From Veleropilina oligotropha (lineage: Eukaryota): a stretch of 64,000 nt of DNA. The stretch covers positions 1 through 64,000 of the forward strand of contig JBEUKZ010000084.1 of assembly GCA_048128005.1 (NCBI GenBank), in the 5' to 3' direction. The notes below the pieces were generated by a model that saw only the letters and a list, made by a program, of their open reading frames with translations, did not search any database and was not told the DNA's origin. Positions 62,063-64,000 of the stretch are shown piece after piece; position 1 is the stretch's first letter; every line of letters starts with the position of its first letter. Both the position numbers and the translations under genes were made by a program.

Positions 62063-62799
62063 TGTATCGCAAGGACTGCGGTAATGGGCATGCCGTGATT
62101 GTCGATCGGGTTACTGTCTGCGTCTGTGACGTACACCTTCAACTCTGTGATTAGCCCGGCCTGTAGTCGCCGGCCGGCGGGATAGCTATGATAGTGGCCA
62201 GCTTCACCGAACATCTGCGACGTGATAGGGACCACCGCGAGAATAGTGCTCGGGGCGCCGTCCTTCACATTGTGCGTTGTACTGAGCTGCTCCAGGTGAA
62301 CGTGTAGGGTTGGCGCTATGGCAAACCCGACAGGCTTATTCCCGTCATAAGTCCCAGGGCGTAGCCACTCGGATCTCTCCGGAGGGGGAGGTGGTTGGCC
62401 CTGTACTCCCCGAACCGGTTGGTTCAGATTCCCTGCTTTATCGAGAATAAACGAAGAGAGGTCTAAGCCGAGGAGTTTTCGTATATCGTCGCTTATCGCG
62501 AGTCGAGTCCCCTCTGGGACCACGATTCGGGCGAGCCCTGTAGCATGGCTTACATCTAGTTGTAGGTTAACTAGCGACCTCTTCATCGTCTTGGCGAGGT
62601 CATCGAAGCTGTAGAAACCTGGTGCCACGTCGACCGTGGTATCGGGGGTCTTAAAGAAGGCTCCGGCATGCACGTTGTGCCAGCCTACCCAATAGTCGAG
62701 CGACTGCAAGCTGACACATAGCTTGCCGTCCCGGTTATCAATCGGCTCCAGGAGGGCAACCGCGGTCCCCTCTTGAACGTTTGTTAATGTGTGGAACAT
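62059..62799 (-). CDS. Minor capsid protein (penton, single jelly-roll; Polinton PX-like), 246 aa
   Basis: Motifs PGFYS..DL, KLLGL, LHVHLEQL...N..DG..STILAVVP, FGE, L..G.I.EL.V.VTD....IDN.G.PIT; first ATG at 62799. Confidence 0.8.
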   Translation of the reverse strand: MFHTLTNVQEGTAVALLEPIDNRDGKLCVSLQSLDYWVGWHNVHAGAFFKTPDTTVDVAPGFYSFDDLAKTMKRSLVNLQLDVSHATGLARIVVPEGTRLAISDDIRKLLGLDLSSFILDKAGNLNQPVRGVQGQPPPPPERSEWLRPGTYDGNKPVGFAIAPTLHVHLEQLSTTHNVKDGAPSTILAVVPITSQMFGEAGHYHSYPAGRRLQAGLITELKVYVTDADSNPIDNHGMPITAVLAIQ

Positions 62800-62806
62800 A
62801 GTAGCT

Positions 62807-64000
62807 ATGGCTAAGAGCGCATTTGTGTTCAATAGGAGTGCGGCCTATCCGACCGGTGTGGTGTACCCAGCAAAGATCAAAGATGAGCAGCTTACGAGAC
62901 CAAGCATCAATGTGGGTAATAGCTCAACCACTGCATTCGGGGCAGACTACCCCGACGTATTTCAAAAGTATCGCCTCCCTCACGTCGCTAGTGACGGGCT
63001 GATAAGGGCTTGGCACAGCACACCGATGCGGTTCTGGCAGAACAAGGTCAACTTCGCAGTATGGTGTGCCACAACAGGTTCCGGGATCTCCTCAGAAGAC
63101 CACTTGAATGCTACTGCAGCCCTCTCCACTGCTGTATTCACCTTCCACGTCTACTATCAGGTCAGAAGGATCTTGACCGAGATTCAGGCGCCGCTGCCAC
63201 AAGACCGGACGTGGGATGCATTCGACACCCCGTATGACCGAAGGGCATATGAAAAGATCTGCAGCGAATTCGGAGTGTCCCCACATACCGACTGGCGTGT
63301 CAAGGGTCCCAACGGCGGACTAGGCACCGCTTACAGCTACTGGACGAACAACGGCTACCACCCCATCGGACGTGAGTATGATCCAAGCCGAATGTCCTTC
63401 ACCAAAGGTACGACCAACACGAATCTGCACGTGGACTACATCGCGCAAGCGCCTGCGCTTAAAAACGGTTGGGCTACTTTTATTCTGGACAGGTCGGTGG
63501 GATTCACGAGGGCCGGCGTGGAAAGGCTCAATGATTCCATCAGGACCTACGTCTGGGCTATTCTTGGAGCGCAGGCTCAAACGCGTGCAAGTATTCTGGG
63601 TAGTGGGACGGCATTTGACGCACAGAAACAGTTCCTGGCGAACGTGGAAGACGCCATCGCATCCCCCGTTGACCTCCCTGCTGCGATCCAACGGTACCAG
63701 GACGTTTTGCAGTATGCCAGGTCTAAAGTAGACTTCGTATTCGGCGTCGGCCTTTACATGGCGCCAAGTGACATGCTCCTTCGGATCGGGCAGGTGGCTG
63801 GTTATAACAATGAGATCGTCGTTGCCACGGAAGCCCAGACCCTAGGTCTTAATACTACGGTGAACGCGGCCAATCCTGTGCCGCTCAACGCCACTGGGGA
63901 GACTGGAGAAACAGGATTGGTCATCCCACAAGACGCCGTCTTACCCGCAGATGCGGTCACTCCGAAGCATCGTGGCTCTCTGCCGGCTGTGGCCCCAGTG
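62807..64000 (+). CDS. Long viral ORF (at least 398 aa, 3'-partial), unknown function
   Basis: Manual translation is open from ATG 62807 to the window end: MAKSAFVFN...WQNKVNFAVWCATTGSG...FHVYYQVRRIL...GFTRAGVERLNDSIRTYVWAILGAQAQTR...RYQDVLQYARSKVDF..GVGLYMAPSDM...GYNNEI. Confidence 0.85.
   Translation, partial: MAKSAFVFNRSAAYPTGVVYPAKIKDEQLTRPSINVGNSSTTAFGADYPDVFQKYRLPHVASDGLIRAWHSTPMRFWQNKVNFAVWCATTGSGISSEDHLNATAALSTAVFTFHVYYQVRRILTEIQAPLPQDRTWDAFDTPYDRRAYEKICSEFGVSPHTDWRVKGPNGGLGTAYSYWTNNGYHPIGREYDPSRMSFTKGTTNTNLHVDYIAQAPALKNGWATFILDRSVGFTRAGVERLNDSIRTYVWAILGAQAQTRASILGSGTAFDAQKQFLANVEDAIASPVDLPAAIQRYQDVLQYARSKVDFVFGVGLYMAPSDMLLRIGQVAGYNNEIVVATEAQTLGLNTTVNAANPVPLNATGETGETGLVIPQDAVLPADAVTPKHRGSLPAVAPV

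Larger units (their letters stand above)
60077..64000. mobile_element. Polinton/Maverick (adintovirus-like) endogenous virus, left end; runs off the window
   Basis: Abrupt GC shift, AG-starting trinucleotide terminus, tightly packed intronless intact ORFs including a penton-like protein. Confidence 0.82.

Noticed and set aside
60077..64000. Bacterial or phage contamination as the explanation for the GC-rich block
   Set aside because: Penton-like protein, Kozak-like starts, AG-type terminus and a sharp junction with host repeat DNA fit a Polinton better; misassembly cannot be excluded without reads.

Overview
AT-rich, repeat-dense eukaryotic DNA. The SINE, Helentron-derived and Crypton families present point to a marine invertebrate, probably a mollusc (inference). 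Two host genes are visible: a glycosyltransferase-like type II membrane protein (381-1310, +) and two spliced N-terminal exons of a probable PLEKHG4/ARHGEF40-type SEC14-RhoGEF (50189-50414, 53033-53191, +). Most of the rest is transposon debris, often nested. It includes two Foldback-like elements with long inverted arms built of 42-bp and 24-bp repeats (8462-18004, 31015-34969), a degraded Crypton (DUF3504 tyrosine recombinase) with a 146-bp terminal hairpin, CR1/L2- and RTE-type LINE fragments, five Helentron-associated non-autonomous elements, many MITEs (one carrying a HIRAN-like ORF) and about a dozen tRNA-derived SINEs. From 60077 to the window end lies an abruptly GC-rich, intronless, gene-dense element with intact ORFs, best read as the left end of a Polinton/Maverick (adintovirus-like) endogenous virus. 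It has a duplicated AGCAG(C/T)AG terminus next to a truncated tRNA-like head, a penton/minor capsid gene, a membrane protein with tandem PSAP and LYPxL late-domain-like motifs, a secreted Cys-rich protein, and a long ORF (62807 to end) that the ORF track misses. All family names come from motif recognition by eye, not database searches.
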